Source: Schizochytrium sp. TIO01
Lineage: Eukaryota; Protista; Bigyra: Labyrinthulomycetes
Assembly: GCA_004764695.1 (NCBI GenBank)
Contig: SMSO01000032.1
Span: forward strand, 310,001 to 374,000
DNA: 64,000 nucleotides
Direction of reading: 5' to 3'
The notes below the pieces were generated by a model. It saw nothing but the letters and a program-made list of their open reading frames with translations. It made no database searches and had not been told where the DNA came from. Positions 11,978 to 24,800 of this stretch are shown one piece after another. The position numbers and the translations under genes are program-made. How positions within the stretch are numbered: the stretch's first letter is position 1; each line of letters opens with the position of its first letter.

Positions 11978-14900
11978 AACTAAGAGGGACCTTTTCTTTC
12001 GGTTTCGGCGATGGATATGATGCCAGTTATGAGGGAAATGATCTGTCTCCCTGCTGCCTGTCTTTCCTTCCTTTGTTTTATACAATTCCATTCATTTTTT
12101 CCCTCGCGCTAAAGAACTGAATATGTTATTTTAGTTTTTAAATAGGTAGAAATGACTACTCTTGGTAAGTTATAGTTTTTACATTGATTGAAAATAGTAT
12201 TAAAAACAATTCATTTTCGACAATTTTCATCAGAATATTTAAAACAAAATAATTTATCTTCCTCCCAAAGAAAAGAATTTTAATGCAAGTATAATAAATA
12301 AACTCAAACATTATTTAGTTTAAAAAAAGTAAATCATAAATTGTTTATGTACTTTCGGGACAATGAAAAAAAAAGGAAGTTTAATGGAGCTGTGGTATAT
12401 AGAGCTATAAATCACTGTACTAGTGAAATCTGAATTAGGTGGTGACCGTGAACAGTTGTCTCCAATTCCGGAGAACCGGTAGATATCCTGAGATTTTTTT
12501 AGAAATAGAAAAAACTTATTATAATATTATAAAAATGCCCTCAATAGGCAGTGAAAGGAATTACTAGACCTGGTGTATGTAGTTTTTTTCGTGTAATCGG
12601 GAGCGATGGAGGTCATGTTCCTGGATAGCAAAGAACACAATGTTTGCGAATGAAATAAAGTTATCCAGATTATATACTGCAGAAAAATTTAAGGGCCAAT
12701 TTGAGCGAATCGTGTGTATTCTGCCACGTCAGCTTTTTCGGGTTGAAGGCGTTACCCATGTTCAAACTTGTTTTCTGAGAGTTCCATTGCACGGGTGGAG
12801 GGTGATTTTAAATGAAGGAGGGATTAGCGAATCCATGTGCGAGAAAGTCGAATTGTGAATTTTCATTCAGACGTTTGCAATATTATCAGCTCCCGCAAAT
12901 AGTCTTAAACTACAGAAGAGTAATATAATTAATAGTAAGAAAAGATCAGCATCGCAAGTGTATTAGAAGAAGAAGAAAGAAAATATCGAAGCAGATCTGC
13001 CTGCCTGTCTTGTGCGAAAGGTGGCGATTGCAAAGGACTTCGAACAAGTTTAATTTAAGAAAAAGAAAGTCTTGCAAGATAAAGAAAGACACAAGTAAGA
13101 ACACCTTCGATTCTAAACATTTGATGTCACTTTTTATTTCTGAAGCGTGAAATCTCCAGCTTCAGAAAACCAAAGAAGCGACGCTATTTTTTTTTGGCTA
13201 AGGAATAGATGCACAAAAAAAGGACGCCGCTAAAATTACCAGATCTGTCCTTGGAGATTACCCCTATTGGCTACGGACACTTAATGAACCTTAAGAATCA
13301 GCAACGTCCAGGGAACATAAAAGCATGAGTACGTTTAAAAAGGGGGAGAGAGAGAAGGAAAGAAAAGAAAAGAAATAAATATCAATACATGGCTTTCTTT
13401 CGAATTCATCTGTGGCAATAATATATGTGACTGAATTTTGGTTATCTTTCATTTGTTTTTCAGAGTTGAAGTCTTTAGAAGCTACGATTCTAAAATCAGA
13501 ATAGATCAATCAAACAAAATTTATCTATTCCATCCTAGGTAGTCACAGAAAAGACATAATTTCAAGACAAGGCTGGCGACGGATGTCTTTACTTTCTCTG
13601 CTTGAGTACACTACTTTCCCTAAGTATTTCAAAGCAGGAGGTACGCCAACATTCCGAATGAAAGCTATCTTTCAGAGACTTGTACAAGTAACACTACAAT
13701 CCGACAAGTAGGCTCTATCTAGCGAGTTCTATTTGCTTCCATGGAAAGGTAACAAGTATTGCAATCAATTGCCCTCAAAGAAAGGCGATGTGCTTCACCC
13801 TCCAAAATAATATGCCATCTATGTCGACGTGAAGCAATTGTGTAAAGACAAATGAAGTTACAAACCAACCAACAAACGATCTATCTTCGTTACATAGCCG
13901 CACTTACCCGGAACTTAGACTCAGGGAATGTACCTACAACAACGCCGTCACATGGTCTCCCTATGCCCAAATTAGTCCTCTGTAAAAAGTGGACAAGAAG
14001 GTGTGAGTCGCTCTCTTTCCAGAGACCCTAATTAACAAACAAGAGGAAAGACGCATTGGCTTACAAGGAAGGCCCAAAGGTGAACTCTTCTTCTTTACTG
14101 AGTTGAGAGATAAATGCCTTACGCAGCTGCCTAAATCTTCGAGGACTCTTCAGATCAAAGCTCATCAGTGCTCAAAGGCAAAACGTAGCATACTCAATCA
14201 ACGTTGGAAGCAGAGGAGAGATGCATTAGTAATTGCTGCGCTGAGCAAAGACCGATGGTCTTATCTGCGTTTGCGGCGACCGCCGTTGCAGGGTGAGTGT
14301 ATTTTGCTTCATGCTCCTACCTGGTTAATTGTAGCACGAAAGTGGCAGCTTTATCTAAAGCGAAGCGGGCACCCAGTAACGTCTTGAAGCAGCGAGCTGA
14401 GTTGATTGCCTTCTGACATTTTCGAAGTGGGCTCCAAGCAAGCAAGCCTGGTTAAAATGCATCTGCGCAAACTCTCGATAACATTCATTGGACAGGCAAA
14501 CATGCAGACTGCAGGCAAGCATTCATAAACACACTCCGCATTCGCTCTCGATGAGGCTGCACATCATCGGCAGTTGTCAAGCAAATTTATACTGAAAAGG
14601 CTCCAATTGAAAATAATTAAATTGCCAGCCGCCACAATTCGATCTGCAGTATTCGAGAGCTCGTGTTGGCCTTTTCCTGGTTACCATTTCGTTTGGACAG
14701 CAGCCACAATCTCAGGCCTTGAAAATTCCTCACGTGGCGTTGGTGGACACCAGCGAATTAGCCTGTCTCGTATGAGATCTGCCCGAAGCATGGCCGACAT
14801 CACATGGCGCATCGGGGTTGGGACTTCGACCGTTACCACCCAAGAAAGGTGGACAGTAGCAATAGTGGTTTAAAGAAATCCGTCCAAACCCTCTTTTTGA

Positions 14901-15075
14901 TGTTAGAGTTCTTGTCATTCCTCTTCTCTTCTATTCTATTCTCTCTCTTTTTTCCTTTTTTTTTCTTTCTTTCATTAGATTTGAGTATGAAGGAATGAAT
15001 GAATGAACTGCGTCACATCCTGACTAAGGTAGGTTAGTTATGTGCTATCCAAGCAGGGAATTCGTAATTTCCGCT

Positions 15076-15135
15076 TCATTTCATTTGTTCATTCATTCAT
15101 TCATTCATTCATTTATTCATTCATCAATCAATCAA
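15076..15135. repeat. (ATTC)n/(ATCA)n tract
   Basis: Read directly. Confidence 0.85.
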
Positions 15136-18100
15136 TGTTCCCCCGTCAACAGTCGCGGCTCAGACATCTTGACACCCGAAATTCAGTCGTCAAGAGCAAA
15201 CAAGAATGCAAACGAATGAGGTCCGGAGCTAATTCAGAACAGGTTGGTCATATAATACGCCATAGCATTTGCGCACAAGCAGAGATTAAGAGGTATGCAA
15301 GCACACCGAAGGAACATCAACTCGAACTGAGCCTAAGAGCCCATCAAAAACCGCCATTCCAGCCCTCAATTAATTAATTAATTCATTCATTAATTCCCTG
15401 ATTCTGCATTTCTATTCAGCGACCATGATTTTATCGCGGGCCACTTACAAGTCATTCATGGTACTACTTACGATAAGCTGTTGGCTGTCTCGAACTGCCT
15501 CCACTTCAAGTCCCTTTCTTTGGTTTTTGTGCGCCAACCCAACTTAACTTGCACAGTTCACGGTGGCGCAGCTCCAAAACTACTTCAAGCTCGCTTGAGC
15601 TCTTCCGGCTTCCTAGGTCTCAGGTTCCTGGTTCTCGCATCCAGAAAGACTATCAAAAAGTCTGTCTGGCGATCTTGAATTTTTTCTTAAGGGCTCTGCT
15701 CAAAACCCACTCGATCAAGGCCGCGCAACGACGCACGGACCACACGAGTTAGGAGGTGCTCTTTGCTGGCTCCGCGCTCCGCCTAACTATTCCTTCTCAT
15801 AGACAAACAAATTACCTGCTCCAGCCTTACATCTTCGAATAGATCAATAGATAAATGGCGTACTAAGAAGACACACCCTTTCCATTCAAGCTGCTATCTG
15901 CCTATTGTAAATGTGGTCCGTCTGTCTGTGCGATAACCCGAGCCGCTCTGAGTAGATGGGTTTTATTAGAGTTTGATCTTTCAAGGAGGACAACCTCATG
16001 GAGAGATTGAAGAGTGATCTATTTTGGTTGGATTGACATAGACTTTGCTGTTCCACGCTTTGTCTAAATGCGAAGGCCATCTAAATGATAGAATACAAAC
16101 AACAACAATTATAAAATGAGACGCGCATGCGAGATGAACTGTGGTAGGGCAGTTGACCTCTTCTATTGGCACAGCAAAAGAAAGGCTCACCTCAAGTCAG
16201 AAAACTGCTCATGAACCTAGTTAGATACACCTTAACCATGATCTCTTGCACCTGAAAGCTATAGTTTCAATCTCGAAGTCAGCCTCAGAAGAGCCCAAAT
16301 CGACCAAACTAAAGAGCATACGCTATATCTTAAGGTAGCAAGCTTCCACGGTTTGGTTTTCGAACTTTTAGATGGCGTTATCAGAAAAGATAGTCTTCCA
16401 CGTCGATCTATCATGTTGCTCATAAATTTCAAGGTAGGAAAGGAGACGAAACTGGGAGTAGCTAATTCTTTTGTAATTTATTAAGAAGAATAACATCATA
16501 ACATAGAAGATGCGTACTCTCCGTTACTACCGTCGGCCAAGTCCCCTATTTATCGGAGTGTAGTCCTCGGGCACAGGTACTAGTCGGTACATAGAAAATA
16601 CGTCACGTCTTTTCTCTGTCTCCAATAATCTTAAAACAAAACAAAAATAAAAACTGCATCGATAGGCAGTAACATCGAATGAGTTCTTGACATAACTCTT
16701 TCCTCCCACCATGATCAACTTTGGAGACCTTCTCTCTTCAAAGTCTCGCTCCCTTTTCAACCTTTTCAATCAATCAATTTTTCTTTTTTGTCACTACATA
16801 CTGATTCAACGCTTCAGAGAAGGTTAAAAAAAGAAGAACTTGAACCCATTTCATAGGTTAAAGGAAAAAATAAATAAAAACAAACAAACGGGAAAATAAT
16901 CAGAAGAAGAGTGCTCTTTCGAAGCGATGATTCGACGGTGATCTGCTCCAGACAGTTTGTTCCCGAGCACTCGCGACGGGATTTTGCTGCACATTCTGGA
17001 GCGCTTCGGGAAAACAAGTCTGGTCCCTGCCACCTTTCGGTTGCTTTTAATTCCTTGCCAGCTTCCACTCTTCTCTGGAACTGCTCTTTCTTTCACTGAT
17101 CTTCAGTGACAAAGCAATGTGGTAGGTAGGATTGCTTGCTAGTAGGTAGGTCTACCACTACTTTTTGTTAACGCAAATAAAAACTTTCTGTCTAACAGGA
17201 AATAAAATAAAAACGAAACGCTACTTGAAGAACCCGAACCAAGCTCCAGACAGAAGAAATCCCTCTACCCATCGACGGTGTTTTATAGATTAATCTTTTA
17301 GTGAAAAGACCTTGAGCGCAATCCAGCTTCAACTCGGAATGCAGCAGGTCCGGCCCAAAATTATTATTACCTGTTCTGCCCAAATCTGGACAACTTTCGG
17401 AAATCGAGCTTTCTAAATTAATAACTTTTGTTTCTAAAAAAGAAAAAAAGAAAAAAAATAGGTTTATACGTAACATTAAAATAGAAAATAAAGACAAAGC
17501 AAACCAACCATTTTGACATTGGAGCTGGAACCACGCGATTTACAAATCGTACGAACACCCCTCAGTCAACGCTGCGACCGCATGCTGGCGTTTATCCGAT
17601 CTCTAGGGGCAACCTTTTCATGCATTTCTTCTTAGCTTTCTTCCCTGATACCATCAACGCCCGTGACAATAATTGAATGTCTCTGAGGTGTGTACCTACC
17701 CGACTAGCACCGATACTGCCAGATAGTTTATAATACATGGACTTTAGAGAAGAACTCACTCACTCACGCACCTTGAGAGTTGTGGATCGGTGCTTCTAGA
17801 TTACAAAGGAAGTTGATCATGCGGTCACTGCATGTATCCAATCTTTTTGCTTGCATGCGCTTACCGCCCGGCATCAAAATCCAGATTGAAATTAAGAGGC
17901 CTATTGCTAAATGGGGCTATTCTACAGCGCGACCAAGTTGCGGCACGCACTGTGCACGCGACGGCACCTTAAGCTGACTAATTTGTCGATCCAGTTCGTT
18001 CTTCAAGGGGAATTGTCTTATTTCGCATAATAAATTACCTCATTATTAGAAGAAGCCGCACTGCACGAGCTTTGGGCGGTGTTAACTTTGAGATCAGAAA

Positions 18101-20345
18101 AGTACTCTTTTTTGGATGTCTTATTAGGAAGAAATTCTTGATATGTTTTAGTTTACTTTACGAGCTGTTAGGAAAGAGGAGAGGCAAATAATGCCAAGCA
18201 TTGTGATATTATGTGCAGCTCTCCTTGGCGACACATTTTGACTACAAAAACTTGAGCAAGAAATAGGATCGATTGATAGGCGCCTAATCAGGTCGCGAGA
18301 ATGGCAAGTAGATAGGTAGCATATTTAGTTCCATTCAGAATTCAGGGCTCATCAAAAGTTTAACTTCGTATCATGTAGGTAACTACCAACGTAATGCAGC
18401 GAACAAAATTGGATTATTGCATTGATTTTCAAGATCGACCCATTAAAGGGCCCACAGCAAGGCTGGTTGAAATATTCAGGATACTCGTAGCAACATGCGC
18501 TCTATGCGTTGGTACCTTCTGCTGCGCGTTCCACTGCATTAACAACCAATAAATGCCTGGGTCAATTGTCTTCGGAATTCAGCTCCAGACCCCACTAGAA
18601 CGATACTCAATTCGTGACTTCATATGTGACTTTTTGGCTGATTCGGCGGTGCTCATGTCGTCGTCGTCGCTGTCGCTGGTGCAGCAGTCTGAGTTGGTAT
18701 CTACGTGAAGACTGTAGGTCAAACTAGGGAATTTCCCAGTTCACGTTATTGTTGTCTATGTCCGATGGAGCTTCTAAAGTCGATCAGATTGCGGATGTAC
18801 AACGTTTTGTGTTAGTGTTAAGCACACCCAATATTTGTCCTGTCCTAGTAAGATGGTGCCGACGCTGAAGACGTTCGCCACGACAATCCCTTGGAGCATT
18901 GCAAGTAGACCGTTGTACAAGCAAAATGAATGTTTGAGGATCAGCTTTACGAAATGATCATGAGTCATTTTTTCCAGTTCTCAAGTTAATAACTGTTGTC
19001 TCACAGAAACCTTTGACTTGGCCTTTTTTCTGTTGGGCCTTTTCCTTAAGGGTAGCTCTAATGTGCAATGCGAGGTCCCGAAACTATCAGATGACACGTT
19101 TGTATCTTTTCATTGCATGCCAACCACGGAAAGGAGTTGTAGCTTGACCAAGAGATGCAGCGATTCCCCAATTGGACATAGACATTGCCTGAGACGGAGA
19201 TGCTGTTTATGTGCAATTTTTATTTGCCAACAGTGAAAACTGATATAGCGTTATCATTATCATCAAAATGAAGCTTGAGTAAAATCTATGAAAAACCGAT
19301 TTGAAGAAATGTCATATCGGCATTTCTTGGTGATCATGCAGGAACAAATTGGCTATTACCGAGTCCAATGTCTGGATTGCTCTTGTCGATCCATTAGTTG
19401 AAAGTAATTCAAAATCCTCGACTATACTTATCTCGAAGCTATTATGGTGTCTTATTTCACTATGCAAACCGCGTTGGTTTCCATGAAGAAATGAGAATCT
19501 GAACTTAGACGAGTGTCTGGGACAGCATCGTCGTAGTAGAATGACTACCAGGACTGTGTTCACTCTTTTTCAGTGTTTGCATGGCAAATAACAGCAGATT
19601 GACAGTAACCCTTTCGTAAGGCAATTCTTTATAGCTCAGCATGTCTGTAACGAACATAAGCTTGTTGGAAAGTTCTTGGACAAATTTGTAACGTATATCA
19701 AGTCTCTAGTCAAAAGCACTTCGCACAATTTTATAAGCGCATTATGCGCAAATCAAAAGCGCATGTACAACGTTTGACAAGAGAGCGAGGTATACAGTGT
19801 GTGTGGCCCAGCAAATCATCAAGGCGGATGTAACATAAGCAGATGGACCAATGAGCGGAGACGTAAAGAAGCTCGTTAAACGCAACATGAGCTACGTGCA
19901 CGCGAAATTCACGCAGACTAGCAATAAATAAAGATTCAAATAGGAGCCACTCTCAATTTGCAAAAGGGGTTCCTCATTTTCGATGAGAAGGCCTGGATGC
20001 TTGAACCAGTTCTTCAAAATTTCCAGCCTAATAAACTTGAGGTAGTAACATTCTCATGCATTCAACAAGTTCCTAAAGAGGCATTGCCCAGGAGACAGAC
20101 TACCTGAGTAATGAATCAATGCCAAGGATGCACTCGCATGATGGGTCAGAGACATTGGTATGAAGCAACCGTTTTTCTTGATTGAGTAAAGAAGACTTAG
20201 ATTCCAAATATATGTTTGCCTGATTGATGCACCAATGGCTCATGCTTTGAGAAGCCGTGGAATACTGGTACCTAGTCTGAGCATTTATATAATTATAAAA
20301 TAAATATTAAATATTCATAAATTAGCCTCAAAGGAAAACATCAAT

Positions 20346-21830
20346 TGGTAGACATAGGAGTGGGCAGAGAAGGGTCAAGGACGGTTGTGTCAAATGTAGC
20401 GAATAAGGAGAAGGTAGTTCTAGCGTTGTGATAATTGCAGCCGATGGCGAGTTTGATTCACTCAAGAATTAGGTTTCTGGTAAGTTGATGAACTCTTGGA
20501 TCTTGGAAACAACACATTCTGCCTAACTACTATCTATCCATCTCATAATACCAAAAGGAGCGCCATCTTGAGATTGCAAAGGGCCAGTCAAAATAGGTAA
20601 AACTGTTTGCTTGCCAACGTTGGTTGACATTAATAAGTCCTTTCGGCAACTCTTCGTTCAATAGGCGAAGGGAGGTTTCGCGAGCCAGTTGCTCGAGTTC
20701 ATTACGCGACGCAGCGATCAACACTTTGATTTCATTAAAAATTGTTTTATTAATTGTTTTATTCTGTAAAGAGAAAGGAAAGAACAGAGGAATATAGATA
20801 GGTTCGGCAAAGAAAAGTCTTTTTTCACTGTACTAGTAGTAATACTACTAGTATTAGTGGTATTAATAATAGTATTAACAGGGTACTAGGTCCTGTTTGT
20901 TAAAGTTTGCAATGCTCGAAAGCAAAGACCATATATAGCTTTACGTGGGCATATAAGTTTATCAAGCCAAATTATTTTACGTTGTCTGAATGAGTCAGTT
21001 AATTCTGTCTTCGAGAACCTGGCACGTTTGCAATTTCTTAATTACCAAACCGGAAACGAGTCAATCGCGATAGTTCAAAGTACTCGTTTGGTATCTACTT
21101 TGGCTTGATGAATATCAAACCAGAGTGAATAAGTTTTCGTGCCAAAATAAAGATAGAATTACTTCTAATATGAGAGTATATGGAATATAGATCTAAATTG
21201 ATTAATCAAGATTTGGGGACGTCAATCTTTGAAACTCAGCAACGCAAGTTGTTCTGAACTCGTTTTCAGAGCTATCGCTGGTTGAGTAAAATACACTTTT
21301 ATATAGCGCCTCTGCTTTGCTCTTTAGCAGCCGAGAAGCATCATTGATTCCGTGTAGCAAGCTGTGCCATCATCACGTTTTCGATATTTTACGTCTTTGG
21401 CCGTTCAACGAAAGTCCTCACAATCTTGAATGGTGAGAGATCAATACGTACTGTGTCACGACATAACCCTAACTTCGACTTTCCTTCAATAAATGCCAGG
21501 TCGGAATCGAACATGCCATCATGCCAAACCAATTCAATGCCCTGTATAAACCCTGAAAGGCCACGATAGTTCTCTGCGGAAAAGTCAAAGTAACGATAGT
21601 TGCTGATGTGCACAATGTTCACTGGGACGCTCGGAATGGCCTATCAGGAAGAGAGGCTTCTGATAGCATTCCCAATACTTTCCCTTGAAATCCTTGAAAA
21701 TAAACGGCAAGAGATGGGGAGTGTTTATGTATATAAGAAAACTATAGTCGTACGGTAGGTTACAATGATACATTGATTTCATGCCATGCTCTTCTTCGAC
21801 AAGCTCTGTGTCCTTAGATGCTCTGTGTTC
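20346..21830 (-). pseudogene. possible decayed protein gene (several protein-like minus-strand frame fragments)
   Basis: Consecutive fragments ...YQKPLFLIGHSERP / VNIVHISNYRYFDFSAENYRGLSGFIQGIELVWHDG... / LLHGINDASRLLKSKAEALY... / KVLIAASRNELEQLARETSLRLLNEELPKG..., separated by frameshifts and stops. No homolog can be named. Confidence 0.25.
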
Positions 21831-24800
21831 TAGGTAGTAATCGCGATCTGTTGGTTTATAAAATCAGCGAACTGAAAGACATTGGGCCTGCCGAAATTCA
21901 TGCGAGGTTGTTATTGAAGCACCTTCAATCAGATAATTGAATTGATGGAAGTTGAATATCTAAAGTAAGCCTTCATACAGTAGGTAGGTAAAATAATATA
22001 TATATATTTTTGTTTTAGGACGGCAAGGTTTAGTTCTTGACTCAGAATCAGAGTTTATTTAAAAGGAAAAAAGAAAGAGAAAAGAATAAATAGAATTGGT
22101 CTTTCTCGAACTCAAGCAATGGAGCCGAACCGAGACCTCTGACTTAGACATTTAGGATAGTGCGCACTAAACGTTTAGATGATCATGTAATTAAGGCGAT
22201 ACTACCACGATAAAGTTGTATTTGGGTGTTCAGAAATGAAGAAAGCAAGAACGCTACTACCCAAGACTTTTCATTTTTAATGAGCTGGGAAGCTTTGTTT
22301 ATTATGGTTGCTGACTTTTTTCATCTTTAAAATTAGTACAGAAACAAAAACTGAAGCAGATTGTTTTGGCCGGGATCACACATGTCCCTAATTGGCCTGG
22401 TAAAAAGTATCTTCGGTTTATATTGTCTGTTGCGACGAACTGGTATTGCGCGTTCAACTCGTATATTATGAGTTAATCTGAGTACTACTGGGCAAGTGTG
22501 TTCATTTTGAAGTCGAATGAATGAATAAATGAATTAATCAGTGATTTTCTTTTTAAAATATGGATTTCCCCATCTTAAATTTATAAAATAAAATAAAATA
22601 AAGTGAACAATATAATCAGAAAGACTGGCCGAATTGATTAGTTGAGTCTGGAAGAGTGAAAATAAACCTCATTTATATTACCGCAATATATGCTGAGGTT
22701 CAGCTATACTTCTCCCTATGATATACTATAAAGAAACAGAGTCAGTATGCTACTCGTGAGATAATGCAAAAAAATTAAGTACAATCGTGATATATATAAT
22801 TACTCTTTCACGTTAGGCCATGGTTTCATAGGTATGATTATATTGACATAGTACCAGTTGATGAGATTGAGAACCACTGGATCAAGAAGGTTTCTACTGT
22901 CTTAAAAAAGAGATGATTTACATTATTCAACATCATTGAAAAGTATAAAGGAGGAAATAATAAATAAAGAAAAAGTAGTAACAGGTGGGCTTTCTTTTAA
23001 ATACAAAAAAGGGAAATTGGCTGGTAAACGTTCATCTTCAGCCCCTACCTGATCAATTTATGACTAAGTAGTACTACAATGGCTGTTTAAGCATTTTGCG
23101 AGCCAGGCGTCCTCCTCGGCCTGTCAAGTGGTATAGACAAACATACAAAAGGGCTTTTAAAAAATTACAAAAAAAATACACAAAACAACCAGGCCTATGA
23201 AACCAACAAGTCTTTCTAACTATCAATCAGAGAGAAAGAAACCTGCAAAGCATTGGTGGCCCTGGGATAATCGATATTAGGTATGTACCTGCCTACTTGC
23301 CTAGTGAATGCGTAGTTCTGCGGTCGCAATTCCCGTGGCCAGTCGCCTATGGATTAGGGCAGCTCGTAGCAAAGCAACCAAGCGCTGACCTGCATCTCAA
23401 AAGACCTGAAGTTCTTGTATCGATCTCTTCTCTAACAGCTAAATAGCTTAGTTTGCCCAAACAATTTGCACAAAGCCCTTCTTCTGTGTTCCTCGGTCCT
23501 AAACTATATCTTGTACTTTCATTTATTCCTTCATTCAGTCATCCAATCACAGCTTCTGGTTCAAGAAGTTTAGCCAGCTAGGTACTTCGACTTGTGCGTA
23601 TTCTCATCGCTCTGGTGATCAATATTAGTTCAATGGCCTCGCTTTCACAGCTAGGTTGTTTTGCAACTTTCCTTTTCAACCTGCATGCACCGGGTGGTCT
23701 CTCTAAAATTCGAACTTGGCTTTTACTCTTTATTTGCTTGCCACTTCAGGCTTTGACCGAGGTACAATTCTGCAAAACTTCTGTGGATGACCACTACTAC
23801 TACTACTTTCTGTCAGCCACTCAATAACTGGGCAGGCCATCAGCTCATAGGTACTTAGGTATTCAAAGGTTGGTTGGTCGGTGCAGTAAACTTGGCAAAA
23901 GCGAAGTTCAAGGTCCAATCGTCCCTTAAACACGAACGATGCCACTCTTAGGTTTGTGTGGCGTGTATAAGGTGGGTGGGGATTATTTCTTTGGGTTTTT
24001 GGACAAGGGACTTGAAGATGACCCATAATGGCAGCCATTCTCACTGCGTTTACATATGTCGTCATGAACAATGAAAAAACAAGAATTGTGCGCATGGTAC
24101 CTATTGTTCTGAAGGAAGTTGCTCATCTTGCGTTTCCCAGGGTTGTAGTAGTATATACCTAGTTACTACCTCCGATTCTTCAAGGTTTCTAAAGCATTCA
24201 CGGTTTGTGCGGGAACGCGCTTTTCCTCGCCTTTCCTTACTCTACCTATTACCTACTTCCTGCCGTCCCAACAAAGAGGAATGAGAGCACAGCCTAAATG
24301 ATAGGTATGTAGTAGTAGTAGTAGTAGTATAGGTGGGGTCCTTTCTTTCACGGCAATGGCTGAAGAGACAACTCCTCCGCTCATTTGTTGCTCTTCAATA
24401 AAGGTGACTTTGAGAAGCAGAGAGAGACAGAAAAAGACATGAATGGGGATAGGTTGTTTCACAACGAAAGACTGGATTGATTGAGCAGGCAATAGTAAAC
24501 CAGTTGAGACAGATTAGGGCAAGACGAGAACGCAGAGGAGACTAATGAACCTCAAGGACCGCCGTCTTCTCGTCTTTCACTGGACTTTCTAATGCTGGAA
24601 GCACTATTCTTAAAGAGCCATACTATATTCATATAATATGATAAGAAAATAAAATCGAAATTAAATAGATTGGTATAAAAGTACTATAGGGTACCAAACG
24701 CTTCTGTTTGGAAGTGCCAGGAAACACCGAAATATGTTAGTAGAGAGGTTAGTACTGAGGCACGTAGGTATTTGCGCAAGTAGTTTTTCCCAAAGTTGTG

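Noticed and set aside
22110-22185. Minus-strand GAGGTCTCGGTTCGGCTCC looks like a tRNA T-arm
   Set aside because: The T-stem does not pair, and no acceptor, D or anticodon arms can be built.
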